Shown in pieces: positions 29,610-42,936 of a stretch of DNA of 64,000 nucleotides (the stretch's first letter is position 1; the number at the start of each line of letters is the position of its first letter). Both the position numbers and the translations under genes were made by a program. This stretch comes from the human T2T-CHM13v2.0 reference genome, Homo sapiens. The stretch is from assembly GCF_009914755.1 (NCBI RefSeq), contig NC_060944.1, one strand, 5' to 3'. The notes below the pieces were generated by a model. It made no database searches. It was not told the DNA's origin and saw only the letters and a program-made list of their open reading frames with translations.

Positions 29610-29890
29610 GAAAAACTTTTGTTATCACCAAGTTATAAAAGAATTTACACATTAAAAAGATTTTTTAATAGTAGATCCCTGATTTAATAGTAGTCTATTC
29701 TTATGTATGGTGTGAGATAGGGATTTGGTCTTATCTATTTTCAATTAGTAAACCTGTTGGCCCAGCACCATTTATTAAAAGTTAATCTTTAACCTAATTA
29801 TTTAAGATGTCATTGTCACCATGTACTAAAGTTCTGTGGTTAGTTTGTTCTATTTTTGGACTATTCTATTCCATTGTCCATGATATTGCT
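29610..29890 (-). mobile_element. L1ME ORF2 fragment
   Basis: tatggtgtgagatagggat, cccagcaccatttattaaa, ctattctattccattg. Confidence 0.7.
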
Positions 29891-30052
29891 GTAAAAATGC
29901 ACCAAAACTTTCCCATATAAGAAACTTTATAAGTAGGTATGAAAATTAGCATTTTAGATAAATTGCCCAGGTGATTTTCATGTCCACACAGTTGTTCCTT
30001 TCCATCTTCTTCAGAAATTTTAACAAATTTTCTTATTACCTTAAGAAAGTAG

Positions 30053-30583
30053 ATTGTTAAAAGATAGCAAATTGTTCTACCAAAAGACATATGCATTTGC
30101 CTGTTCATTGCAGCACTATTCATAATAGCAAAGATGTGGAATCAATCTAGGTGCCTATCAACAGTGGATTGGATAAAGAAAATATGGTACATATATATTA
30201 TGGAATACTATGCAGCCATAAAAAGAATGAAACCATGTCCTTTGTAGCAACATGGATGCAGCTGAAAGCCATTATCCTAAGTGAATTAATGCAGGAACAG
30301 AAAACTGAGTACCACATGTTCTCACTTATAAGTAGGAGCTAAACATTGGGTATTCTCAGACATAAATACGGCAACAATAGACACTGGGGACTGCTAGAGA
30401 AGGGAGGGAGAAAGACAGGAAAGGGGGCACTGGTTGAAAAACTAACTGATGGCTACTATGCTCAGTACTTGGGTGATGTGATCCTTCATACCCCAAACTT
30501 ACGCCTCATGCAATATATCTGGGTAAAAACAAACCCTAAATATGTATCCCCTAAATGTAAAATAAAGGGGAAAAAGAAAAAAA
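30053..30583 (+). mobile_element. L1PA15/16-like 3' end
   Basis: ttctaccaaaagacatatgc...aacaatagacactggggactgc...gttgaaaaactaact; TSD aagaaagtag at 30043-30052 and 30584-30593. Confidence 0.9.
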
Positions 30584-30904
30584 AAGAAAGTAGGTCATCA
30601 GTAGGTACAAAGGATAGATTGTGACCAACAACTTTGTGTAGATAAAGTGGTTCTCCCAGCAGTTGATGTTGAGATTTCATTAAGGAAAATGCATCATTTA
30701 AACAAAAATAGTCTGAGGTCTGTCTGGTTCAAGATAATGGACAACGTGGAAATATTCTCATCTCCTTCTCTGAACCTATTAAAATGGCAGTGAAATATTA
30801 AACTAATAAATTTATAAAGCTGAAAGTGGATGGGGAGCGAGGTTGGAAGACACAAGCAAAACAAAGATTCCGTTAATTTCTGGAAGACAGAAGACTACCT
30901 AGTG

Positions 30905-31170
30905 TCTGTATTTATCTATTGCTGCATAAATAATTATCCAAACTTAAGTGACTAAAGAAACAAACACTTATTATCTCACCTGATTTCTGTGGGTCAGGAA
31001 TTTGAGAGCTGCTTAGATGGGTGGCTCTACTCAGAGCATCTCATAAAGTTATTGTCAAGATGTTACCTGGAAATTAACCAGGGCTGGAAGATCTGTTTTC
31101 TAGAAGGCTCATTTACGTGGCTGGCAGATTAGTTCTACCTATTGGTAGGAAGCCTTAGTTCTCCAACAGC
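30905..31170 (-). mobile_element. MLT1 (MLT1F-like) LTR fragment
   Basis: tctattgctgcataa...ttattatctcac...tttctgtgggtcaggaatttg. Confidence 0.75.
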
Positions 31171-31319
31171 CTGGAAAAAAGAAACGTAGCTTGACATTGT
31201 ACTCTAGAGTGACAAAGTTGATAAATAATGACAACTGAGAGAGGGAGAAGGAAAGCACTATAGTAGAAATAAAAATGTTGTTAAAAATGAATATTAATAA
31301 AAATTATAATAACAGCTGG

Positions 31320-31712
31320 AAGGTGAATGGATAGACAAAATGCCATAAATATACAATGGCATACTATTAAATGAAAAGGAATAAATTGTCATATATTACG
31401 TTAAGGATGAACCTCAAAAGCATTATATGAAATGAAAGCAACCAGACAACATCATGATATTGTATGATTTCATATTTATGAAATGTTCAGAAAAGGCAAA
31501 CAGAATGGTGGCTGCTTGAGGCTGCATTGGGAGAAGGTATTAACTGTAAATGGTAATGAGGCATCCTGTTGGGGATATAAAATATTCTAAAACTGATTTC
31601 TGGTGATGGTTGCATCATTTGGTAAATTTAGTAAAAGTCATTGAATTGTGCATTTAAAATGGATGAATTATAAAAATATGTAAAATGTATCTCAACAGTT
31701 GTTTAAAAATAA
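31320..31712 (+). mobile_element. L1MB/L1ME 3' end
   Basis: ggatgaacctcaaaagcattat, aaatattctaaaactgat, ggtgatggttgca, cattgaattgtgcatttaaaatgg. Confidence 0.8.
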
Positions 31713-32279
31713 ATGAATGCAAAAAGTAACTGCAAATAATACCCTTATAGTACCATTAATCCTAATAGTGCAGATAAATATAAAATACCAAGTGCTCTGA
31801 GAAGAGAGAATTTGAGTGATGGTGTGATTTATGGCATTGTTTAAAACAGACCTTTAAAATGTACTATTTATTTTTCTTGGTTACACATAAAATACATGTT
31901 AATTATGAAAATTTTAGAAAGTTTAGATGTGTACAATGAAGAACATACAAATTACCAGTATTTGTCATGCCCAGGATAACCATCATTAATATTAATGTCT
32001 ATATTTTCAGGTTTTCTTTTCCATTTGTAAAGCAAAATTTAAATGTGCAGAAACTCTTGTAATTTTGATAAAGCTAATTGGAAGCTTTTTTATGATGTCT
32101 TGAGAAAATCATTATGGTATGTGATTTTATGTATAAAAGTGTTAACTAACAATAAGGGTTGAACCTGAACTTTGAAAGAAGTATTGAATAAATATAAAAA
32201 TGGCTGGTTTGACAATGTCAAAGCAAATTTAATTGGTAAATATTAGTTGGATAATTGAATTCTCCCCCACTGTGCCATT

Positions 32280-32420
32280 GAAATGAACCTTAGAGTCTCC
32301 AATCCAAGGCAATCATTTCACAGATGGGGAGAACGAGGCCCAGAAGGCTTGTGAGTTTTCAAAGCTCTCCCAACAATGGGATCAGAGTGAGAACACATAC
32401 CTCCTCACTCTCTGCCTATG
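32280..32420 (-). mobile_element. MIR/MIR3 fragment
   Basis: catttcacagatggggagaacgaggcccaga. Confidence 0.6.
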
Positions 32421-33715
32421 TTCATAACCTTGAACTTGTGGTAGGTCCGGAATTGTGGGAAAAATGTGAAGACCACTTGATGGAATTTCCTGCTGTTCTT
32501 GCACAGGGTGCCCCATTGTGAACTCCTCCAGCATTTACAGATGCTACTACTTGTGGAGAGTAAATTTAGACCTTCGCAGAGATGGGGTCACTTTAGCTTG
32601 TGGCTTATTTTTGTCTTACTGTAGGTTTTCTCTCTCAGTAGACCAGGCTGTCTTCTTTACCTTTCTTCATTGTCCTTGATTTAGAATCAATGGTCAGTAG
32701 GATCAGATGTGGGAGAGCTGTTTGTTAATAAAGCTTTAGAAGTCGTGCAAATGACATCATAACTTTTCTTCATGGGTGAGATATCCTGAGATTGCTATTA
32801 GAGAAAATAACGATACTTGTCATATATTTCCTCTAAATAAATCTGGCTTTAATAGCAAAAGTCCATGTTTTCTTCACTTCTGTTTATTTGCAGTCACTCA
32901 AACTGACACGTGCTGTCAATATCTCCTCACTGTAAGTGTAAGCAGAAGTATTTAAAGAAAGCGGTATTGTTTTATTTTGGGGTTAGCAATTTTCCAGGGC
33001 CCACTGGAAGAAGTGCTTAGTTCTAAAGAATCACATGTGTTTGCTTTGTTCTAAATATAGGCTAAACAGAATGCAGTAGAGCCTGAAGGCTTCAGACCAA
33101 ACATTTGGAATATTAAAAAAAAAAAATCAAGGGAAGCAATATCTCCTGCCCAGAGCTAAACAAATAAGCAGGTTTCTGCTAAATGCAGGAAACAAACTGA
33201 TGGAGATCAGATTTTCTTCTCAAATCTTTTAGTGGCTTTTTGAAATGTTTCCTTTAAGACTGCAAATCCAGTGTCAGCCTCCAATGCTACAGTAACTCAT
33301 TGCTATATTGGTAAATGGTAACCAGTGTGTGGTCTTGCTGGACCGTGGGGAAGGGCTGCAATGTAATGGATGTGACTGCTTTAAAAAAGCAGATTATTAG
33401 GATTTTTTCTTTGAACTCTGCCCTTTAGAATATTTGGTACATGAATCTGGCATAATGCCAAAGAGCTTCTAATATAAGTCTTTTTGCCTGTGGACTACAT
33501 TTCCAGGAGAAGGGGAGGGACACATGTAACATGTGGTATTAATATTATTAAGTTCTGTTTTACAGTGTTTCTCAAACTGGAAGCTATAGATCCTTGTGGC
33601 CTATAGACATATTGTCATAGATATGCAAGTACTCTAATATATATCTCAAATTTTAAGAATGGTATAAGAAAAATGAGCATGAACATACTAAAAAACCTTA
33701 TACAAAATCAACATC

Positions 33716-34167
33716 TGTATTAGTTTGTTAGTGCTGCTGTAACAAAGTACCACGAATTGAGTGGATTGAGCAACTATTTATTGTCTCACAGTTGTGGAGG
33801 CTAGAAGTCCAAGATCAAGGTGCTGGCAAGGTCGGTGCCGTCCCAGCGCTGCAAAGGAGAGCTTATTCCATACCTCTTTCCTGGCTTCTGGTTGTTTGCT
33901 GGCAATCTTTGGCATTCCTTTGCTTGTGGATGCCAAGGGCCTCTGCCATCATCTTCATATGGCATTCTCTTTGGGTGCATGTCTTTCTTTGTGTCTAAAT
34001 GTCCCCTTGTCATAGGGACATCAGTCATATTAGATTAGGGCCCACCCTAATGACCTCATCTTAACTTGATTATCTGCAAAAGTACCTTTCCAAATAAGGT
34101 CACATTCATAGTTACTGGCAGTTTGGATTTCAGTATCTTCTTGAGGGACGCAGTTCAACCCAGAACA
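33716..34167 (-). mobile_element. MLT1C-like solo LTR
   Basis: tgtattagttt...gctgctgtaacaaagtaccac...ggaggctagaagtccaagatcaaggtg...gattagggcccaccctaatgacctcatcttaac...cagttcaacccagaaca. Confidence 0.9.
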
Positions 34168-34489
34168 TCTAGAAAGCACTGCCAGTCTGACTTCATAATT
34201 GGGATAAAGGAAAGTAGCACTATTTTAGTTGTCCTGTTCTCAAGAGAAAAAGAAGAGATGACTTACTATTCACATAATATATTGGTGCCAAGACAAGGCC
34301 AGACAGTGTCATGTCAAGATACCCCATAGGAAACTTATTTCATGGAGATGGCAATAAAAAACGGTGGTGGTGTGTGGTAGAACAGACATAATGAGTCCAA
34401 AGGAATCTACATCATAAAAGACATATTTATAAAATCTCTTAAAGTAGCAATTCGTATGTATTTCTACCTAGAATATGACTTATGACTGA

Positions 34490-34867
<378 letters not shown>

Positions 34868-34929
34868 TACGTTTTTCTTAAAGCAAAAGTTAGATGCAGA
34901 GAAAATAGTTGAATTTCACACTTTAATAA

Positions 34930-35110
34930 TTGTAGTAACAATGATAGCTGTCATTCATTAAAGGCCTTCTTTATGTCAGGCATTATATAAACTGCTAACC
35001 CTCCTCAGCACCCATCCAAATTATTATAATCCCTATTTGATGGAAAATTTGATAGGACTGGTATTTGAATCATTTCTATCTAAACTCAAGATTTGTATTC
35101 TTTCCACTAC
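34930..35110 (-). mobile_element. MIR
   Basis: aatgatagctgtcattcatt...tatgtcaggcatt...ttattataatccctattt...ggtatttgaa. Confidence 0.55.
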
Positions 35111-37913
35111 ATTTTCACATTTTTCTGACTTTACCTAAAATTCATGCAAATAAGATGAGCATCTCTCAGTGAGCATATCCTAGACCTTGGCTTTGAATAT
35201 CCAGAGTTCTTTTTCTCTTTAAACTGTGTGTCATGTCTCCTAATCAGATGAAATCAAAGGACCGTGAAGTGTATAAGGTGATGCTTGGGCCCATGAATCT
35301 AGTTGGAAATGTAAACCAGCTAGGTTTACAAATGTCTGGCCAGCTAGGTCTGCAGGTCTTAATAGGCTCTGTTCCCTGAGGGGTAGCCTCATTGAGAAAC
35401 TCAAGGGAGCAGTGGCTTACCCCAAGGAGATTAAGTCACATTATAATTCATAAATTTAACAAAACAACAGTATTAATATTGGCACCTCCCACCATAGGAG
35501 AGACATCAAGTGCAGTCTCTTGTTTCTGCCCCTGAAGTTAGTTATTGGGAAATTGTTTCTAGATCTTTAATGGAAAGTTGTGTTTTCTTTCAAAGTTCTC
35601 CATTGTGACACTATGGTTCCTTGGACACAGGGGTGAACTTATATAATTAGGGAGGGCCTTGAGATTTATTTAGCTAGAGTTGCCTCCAGGAATACTGAAG
35701 ATGAGTCTAACAGAAAAGCCAGTCATTTTTAAAGAAGCTATTTTCTTTGAGGATTCGGCACTTACTATTTATTAAACTATCCAGCTCCCTCATACTTAAT
35801 TCCAATCTTGTGCCATATAATATTCCAAACTTTCAGGCAGGCTAGATATAAATCAGAAGTGAAATTGTAGTTAAATGGTACAGCCAGCTTGTTTCCATTT
35901 GGAGATAGTCCCTGACTGAAAAATGGGCTTCACAGTGTCATTTCAAAGATTTTGTTTCATTTTTTGCTTTGACAAGTAAGTGCAGAGATCAGAAATTGCA
36001 TATGCCATCCAGTATTTCAGCTGTACCACTCTCAACCTGGCGAGTACACCAAAGCTGTTTTATATTGCTGTTGGGGGTATCTAGGAACAAGCATCTCAAA
36101 GGACATAATTTATTATAACTAAACAATTGTCTTTTCCTAGCAATGATTCCAGAATAGGAAATCTAAGAAGAAGTTTTGATCATGTCAAAAATTGGCTCAA
36201 ATAAAAGTATCATACAGGATATCAATAAAATGGAATGTTGAGTTTGCTTTCCTTTCCTTTTTTTTCCTCTCTCTTCCTCCCTTCCTTCCTTCTGGTTTGC
36301 TTATTTATTTTAGAATTGAACACAAGTGCTTATTTTATAATAATTTGGTAGTATATTGACTATTTTTTGATGTAATATTTTGTTGATTTTGAACTTTCAA
36401 AGCCAGGAAAGCAAATATTTCTTGGTTTTGCCTTCTAAAAGTTCCTTCTGCTGGCAGGAGCGAGGTATTGTGTAGATGAGCTCAAACATACATTTGACAT
36501 ACATGGTGGGAAACACATTTCAACTGTTTATAACCTCATGATGTGAAACTTGACTACCTAAACAATGAAAGGAAATTTGACTGGAGTTCTAACATACTAG
36601 CATGGCTTGGTGATCCCTACATATTGAAGAGTTTAAGTCAAGACTATGCGAGTTTTCATTATGGGCATTATTCATCCTAGAGTCCAAGTATTTTCCTTCC
36701 AGTTTCATTGATATTTCTTTCTGCTATAATATGTTTCCCAAATTTTCATGTAAATAACTTTTTATGACCTCAATTGTGTTTTTTTCTAAATAGTCTTTAT
36801 TATTGTTTTAAATATTGTACAATATATACCTGTTTTGGCAAATTCAAATGAGTCATAAGTACATACATTAAAAATACTATTTTTGGTCCCGTTCTATCAT
36901 CACTCTTGCACAAACCCAGATAACCTGTTCTAATACTTTGGTTTATGCCCCTTGGAGTATTTTAAAAATGCTCCCCCCTTTTAAAATAAATACCTACACA
37001 CAGTGTTTTTTTTTTTTTAATGAAAACATCATATTTTCCTATTGTATTTTTCCATCAATTTGCCTTTTATACTTTCCATCTTTTGGATTTTATTCCAAAT
37101 CAACATGTATAGATTTTTCTCTCTCTTAACCAATAGTTGAATTATCCAAATTAAAATATATATTTTTAATTTTTAATTTATTTCGTATATTTCTTGTTTT
37201 TAGCACAACGCTGTGTGTCTGTGTGTGTGTGTGTGTACCTGTGAGCATGCACTTCTATGTAGTTTATCCTGTCATCTCTTAAGATAAGGGGGGAGGTTGA
37301 AATGTATTTTTGGTCTTCTATACTGAAACCAAAAAATTGAATCTCTTTTTAAAAGAAATTTCTAGATGCAGAGCCTATAGGAATGGTAACATGAATTACT
37401 CTGGCTTTGCGTAAGTATCTTAAAAAAATAAATATATACACTTTGATAGTAGGTTGACTGGACTATACAGTCCATGTTTACAAACTAACTTAAATCTTAA
37501 TTCCAAGTGTTCTGGAATATAAGAACCATGGGAAGAGCATTGGTTTTAAGTTGTTTCAAGAGGCAATTTTTCTTTCAGTTTAAGGAAACTGATTTACTAA
37601 TCTATGTCAAGAAATTATGAACTATTCAATAAGCCTTATTGCTGTAATTTTGCCTACAGTAATACAGTAGTAAATTAGACATTAATGGCAAAAGTAGACT
37701 AAATGCCCCACTAGAAGACACTGTTAGGAATATCAAAACTTTACAAATGTTGAAGGACATAAATCATGGTGAAAGTGTAACATAAACAGTTACACGGAGG
37801 TTTATAGTAATATCCTGGCACTAGAAACTTGGAATAATAATATTAGTACAAATATATACTAGGATGCCTTTGACAGTATAGAATAATTTTATTTTGCTGT
37901 ATTCATGTGAATA

Positions 37914-38124
37914 CAGTAAGTCTTCACTTAATATCATCAATAGATTCCTGAAACTGCAAATTTAAGCAAAATGCTCTATAATGAAACCAATTTTTTCCTC
38001 ATCAATGTTATATGACAAAACAACATTGAATTAAACGATGTCATTTGAAGGCCTGCTGTACGTTGTTTTGCCTAATGTAACAGTTTTCAGGAACCTGTTG
38101 ATGACATTAAGTGAGGATTTACTG
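37914..38124 (+). mobile_element. MER6B-like MITE (TcMar-Tigger)
   Basis: TA-cagtaagtcttcacttaatatcatcaatag ... gaacctgttgatgacattaagtgaggatttactg; long TIRs. Confidence 0.85.
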
Positions 38125-38287
38125 CATATATTTATAGGAACATTTCTCTCATTAAAATAATCCACAATTGAATTGATATTTACTAGTGCTTTAATATCAG
38201 ATTGGAATAGCTTCAAGTCAGTGAATTCTATTTCCACCATTTGAAATCTTCTTTTGGGAAGTGAATAGCAAGTCTATGTCTCTAGAA

Positions 38288-38627
38288 TAGGGGTTCCCAA
38301 GTCCCTGGGCTGTGGACTGGTACCAGTCCGTGGCCTGTTAAGAACTGGGCTGCACAGCAGGATGTGAGCTGCAGGCGAGCAAGCATTACTGCCTGAGCTC
38401 CACCTCCTTTCAGATCAGGGACATTAGATTCTTATAGGAGCCTGAACCCTATTGTGAAATGCACACACGAGGGATCTAGGTTGCACACCCCATATGAGAC
38501 TCTAACTAATGCCTGATGATCTGAGGTGGAAGAGTTTCATCCTGAAACCATCACCCTCCACCCCCATCTGTGAAAAAATTGTCTTCTACAAAACCAGTCC
38601 CTGGTGCCGAAAAGTTGGGGACTGCTG
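38288..38627 (+). mobile_element. MER1B (hAT-Charlie), full length
   Basis: ggactggtaccagtccgtggcctgtt...ccctggtgccgaaaagttggggactgctg; perfect 8-bp TSD ctctagaa at 38280-38287 and 38628-38635. Confidence 0.95.
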
Positions 38628-38639
38628 CTCTAGAATATA

Positions 38640-38858
38640 ACTGATGTACAACTTTGGTTGCATTAGAATCACCCAGGGAAGTTTAAGAACCCAGTACTCA
38701 GGTCACATTCCAGGTCAGCTATATCAGCGTCTCTGGGAATGAGACCCAGTCATCAGTAGTTTTAAAAATTATTTCCTCATTTCCTTTAGCTATGGCTCAC
38801 GTTGGAATCAATATCAATCACATTGATTCCAATGTGAACCAAAAGTAAAGAACCACTG
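38640..38858 (+). mobile_element. MER5 (MER5B-like) with internal inverted duplication
   Basis: gcattagaatcacccaggga...tctctgggaatgagacccag...gattccaatgtg...agaaccactg. Confidence 0.75.
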
Positions 38859-39149
38859 CTTTCTAGTTTCTTGCTACTAGCATATCAGATATTTTTTCAA
38901 AATATTATTTGAGAGATAGTTTACTAGGGTAAAAAACATCTTGGAGAGAGGTTTAGGTGCAGGAGCAGACCCTACAGTTGCTACCTGTGAGATGGTTAAC
39001 TTAATCTTTAGGTGCTTTAGTTTTTGTCATCTGTAAAATAATTTGGTAAACATTTTCTTAGTACCTGCTATAGGCCAAGAATTTCATGATCTAGGTCATA
39101 AGGGCATTCCCAACCCCCTACAAAATAGATGCTGTTATTATGCCTATAA

Positions 39150-39305
39150 CATGCAGCTTCCGCATAGCCAGGATCTTTAAAATGCAAACCTGTAGGCTGC
39201 ACACCAGACCTACTTCAGAAACTCTGGGAGTAGGGCCCAAAGATCCGTTTTTAAACGGTACTTTGGATGCTTCTGTTGTATGCTCGTGTTTAAAAACCCA
39301 CTCCA
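39150..39305 (+). mobile_element. MER5A fragment among MIR pieces (~38960-39430)
   Basis: aaatgcaaa...caccagacctacttcagaaactctgggagtagggccca; flanking MIR gttgtgaggattaaa...taagtgatcaata. Confidence 0.7.
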
Positions 39306-39521
39306 CTACACTGTACCATGATAGTCTCTGCCCTGTAGGGATGTTGTGAGGATTAAAAAGATAATCCATAGAAAGTATTTAGTGCTGTGTCTAACACACA
39401 ATAAGTGATCAATAGCTGTTAGCTAATAATATATTATTTTAGGTTACCTGAATTAGAACTAAATCTCCTCTTGCAAAGACACAACCAAGTCATCTCTTCT
39501 TCAGCTTCACATGTTTTAAGA

Positions 39522-39545
39522 AATAATAATAATAATAATAATAAT
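39522..39545 (+). repeat. (AAT)8 microsatellite
   Basis: Directly visible. Confidence 0.9.
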
Positions 39546-40776
39546 ATGAATGCCATAGACTTAGCTCACAATCTCCTTCTTTTCTTTTTCAAACATCAAT
39601 CATAATTCACTGTGACTTGCTACCCTGGCTATATTTGCAGTGTTGGAATTAGAACCTTGAACTTTGGTGTTTTTTTATTGTTTTGATGACAGTTTGGCAA
39701 AAATATTAACCATTTTATAATTCATGCCAGACTATATATTACTATCTCCCTCTTCCTCCCCAAAAATCGCATGTCACACATTACCTTGTGTAAATAGGCA
39801 TTTGAGATTCTTCACTTAACTTTGACAGTATGTTTGCAGTAACATTCTCTTCAATTGCCTCTGTACCTGTAGGGCAAAGTTCAGCATCATCCTCTCTGCT
39901 GAAATAACCAACATGGTGCTCATTAATTGGTCATGTGAACACTAAGGATAACCACCCTCCCCTCCTCAATCAGGTAACCCTAATTATTTTCTCTTGGTAA
40001 AAGCACACTTTGCTATGTCACTTTCATTGCGACAAACACAGACTTGTGCTGAGGGAAATGCCTTTTATGTGGGAACCATTAAAACCGTTAGATGCAGAAA
40101 TTCCAGCAATTTAGCTTTTAATAGTAAAGCTAGCCAAAATGTGTTTGCGTGGTTTTTGTTCATCAAGAAAAAGAGAAGTTACACAAAGTCAGTGACCACG
40201 GCTATAGGCTCACATTCTGAGCCATCATTTTCCTAATAAGCTGAGTTAAAAAAAAATCCCACAACAAATTTTGTTTTAGGTGTGTTCAGACTATTCTCAA
40301 AGAGCTACTAGAAATCTCAGGGATTAGAGAAGAAAGAGAAGTGGACCAAAAAGATCAAACCAGCTCCTGGGTGGTCACTGAATTATTGGGTTACTTTCTT
40401 CTGATAATAGATTTTCTACTGTCTTTATGATACATAGTTTCTCCATCTTTGAAGTTAAAGATTAATTTTAATTGGTATTGCACATATCTATGATAAACTA
40501 GTAAAGTATGTTCAAGAATGCTCAGTATTCTCCAGAGGGAGAGAAAATGTTTGTAGTTGTTTTCCATTGTTATTTGTCCAAGAGGCATGGGCTGTGATGT
40601 CTATGTGGATGATGTCTTTGCAATGTAATTAAATGTCATTGCAATGACTATAATGTCTACATGGCTGAGTTAGGCAGAGTGGATGAACATGGAGCATTTA
40701 GACCCCTCCACAGAGATGAGAAAGATGCAGAAAAGTGAGCTTGGCAGAAAAGAAGGTATCCAGACAGTCAAAGCAT

Positions 40777-41200
40777 TGCATTCTGGCCAGGTTCTGCAGG
40801 ACCTGAGATGGAGATTCTTATATAAGTGATTTAATGAGGAAAAAACTCTCAGGAGAGATCTGTAAAAAAGTAAAGAAAGCAGGACAGGTAGCCAAGCAAA
40901 GATGTGGGTTCAGCTAATGTCTAGTTTGAGCCAATGGAAAACTCTAGAACATAAATGGCATCTCACAGTTTTCCTGCTTTGGGGCAAAAGGGCTAAGCAT
41001 TTGTTACCTTATATGAGTCAATTATTGGCTGCAGGATACCCCCAAGGGTGGGGATCATAGCCTCCCAGGCATCCTCTAGAGATTTTTCTCCTGGCCAAGG
41101 GCAATTCTCTAAAACGGGACCATCCGCTACTCATAGCATACACCACTCACAGAACTGGGATAAAGGAGATCTGGGTGGGCCACCAACAGTGTCTAGTACC
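40777..41200 (-). mobile_element. LTR16-family ERVL LTR
   Basis: cctgagatggagatt...aagtgattta...gccaagcaaagatgtgg...ggagatctgggtgggcaccaacagtgtc. Confidence 0.7.
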
Positions 41201-42198
41201 CATGGTCTCTGGGGTATGCTGTTGGTACAGAGCATTGACTTCTAAAGGGAAAATGGAGTCCAACAGGTCTATAACATAGGAGGTATCCCTGAAGAAGGCA
41301 AGACCACAGAAGTAAAAATATCAACTTGGAGCAATGCTCAGGAGCCTTGGTAAGAGACCAGTGAGGTCAAATACAAAATGGCTGTGTGAGTTGTTGGAAC
41401 AGGAGCTCAGAATAGGAGATAAATCTTTTTCAGTAGACTGTGGAAAGCAAGACATGACAACTTATTATCAGAATATTGCTCTGGATGTCCAGCTATGGGG
41501 AGAGAATTAAAGGATATATCACGAGGATAATTCCGAATTATCCTGCAGGGTGGATGACCTGATTCTGAGCTCCACTGAGTGGAGATACTGAATTTACTTG
41601 CTACCTCCTATCTTTAATGTCATCTGAGAACTGATGCTTGTTGAGTGGATGTCAGTGGTCCAACTAGTGATGAATAGAGTAGAACATGAGAATAAGGGAA
41701 TTAAGCAGGAGTCCATGGGTTATATGTACAATAAAAAGGCAACATATTCTAATTCATTATGTATATATTAGATAAATGTTTTCTTTGGTTTATTTTCTAG
41801 GATCACTTTCTATTTTTATTGATGCCCAGAAAGGCTTTCTTTTGTGCCTAGCCCAAGATCTGTAAGTTTGCCAATTCATTGGTATGATTCCAAGCATAAG
41901 AATGTTTAGTAATGTTACTGGTGACCCAACCAATGGTCTTTACTTTTCTTTCTTCCTAGTATGTTTGTTATTGTAAAATCTTATAGTCTTTATAACCCCT
42001 TATTCTCCCTAGGGATTTTTAAAAATTCAGGGTATCACTAATATTACAACCGTTATATCTCGATAAAATTTCCTCTAACTTCAGGTATTTGTGGAAAATG
42101 TCACACACACAAGAGATTAAGAACATCTTTAACAACAAAGGGAAAATAATAGTCAACTGTATATATAAGCATTTAGATTATACTCTTTTGTAATAAAT

Positions 42199-42580
42199 TA
42201 TCTTAGTCTGTTTTCTGCTGCTATAACAGAATACCACATGCTGGGTAATTTATACAGAAAAGAAGTTTATTTGACTCATGGTTCTGGAGGCTGGGAATTC
42301 TAAGATTGAGGGGTGCCATTGGGTGAGGGCCTTCTTGCAATGTCGTAACATGGCATAGGCCATGACGGGTTGAGAGATGGTGAGAGAGATGACAAGGGAA
42401 AGAGGTAAAGGGGGCAAACTCCTGTGATAATTAACTGACTCCTCTGATCATGGCATTAATTAACTCATGAGGGCAGAGCCTTCATAACCTGATCACCTCT
42501 TAAAGGTCTCACCTCTCAATGCTGTTACGTGGTAATTAAGTTTCAGTGTGAATTTTGGAGAGGACATTCAAACCATAGCA
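42199..42580 (-). mobile_element. MST (MSTC/D-like) solo LTR
   Basis: tcttagtctgttttctgctgctataacagaataccac...catgagggcagagcc...gacattcaaaccatagca. Confidence 0.9.
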
Positions 42581-42936
42581 GGACTCTCTTACATTAATAT
42601 TCAGTCTTACTCTGGAATTGTCATCCAGGAAAGATTTGACAATGTCAACTGCTAGTGGTCAATTGCACCAGTCTCTCAGCCGATGTGTAGGTTCAGATCT
42701 CAACTCCACCATTTATTAGTTGTACGACCGCTGTGTTTCAGCTTCTCTCCTGTGTAAAGTGGTAACGATAGTACTTTCCTTGTAGTGTTAACATGTAGCT
42801 TATAGGGACTCAAAACCTTAATAAAGATGGACTACCTCAAGTCGTAAGTTTGGTAATAATGTTCCTTTACTACAAATATTAGGCAGAATTTGAGTCACTG
42901 GTTAGTTCTGAGTGGGGGATTAGGTATAATTTTCTT

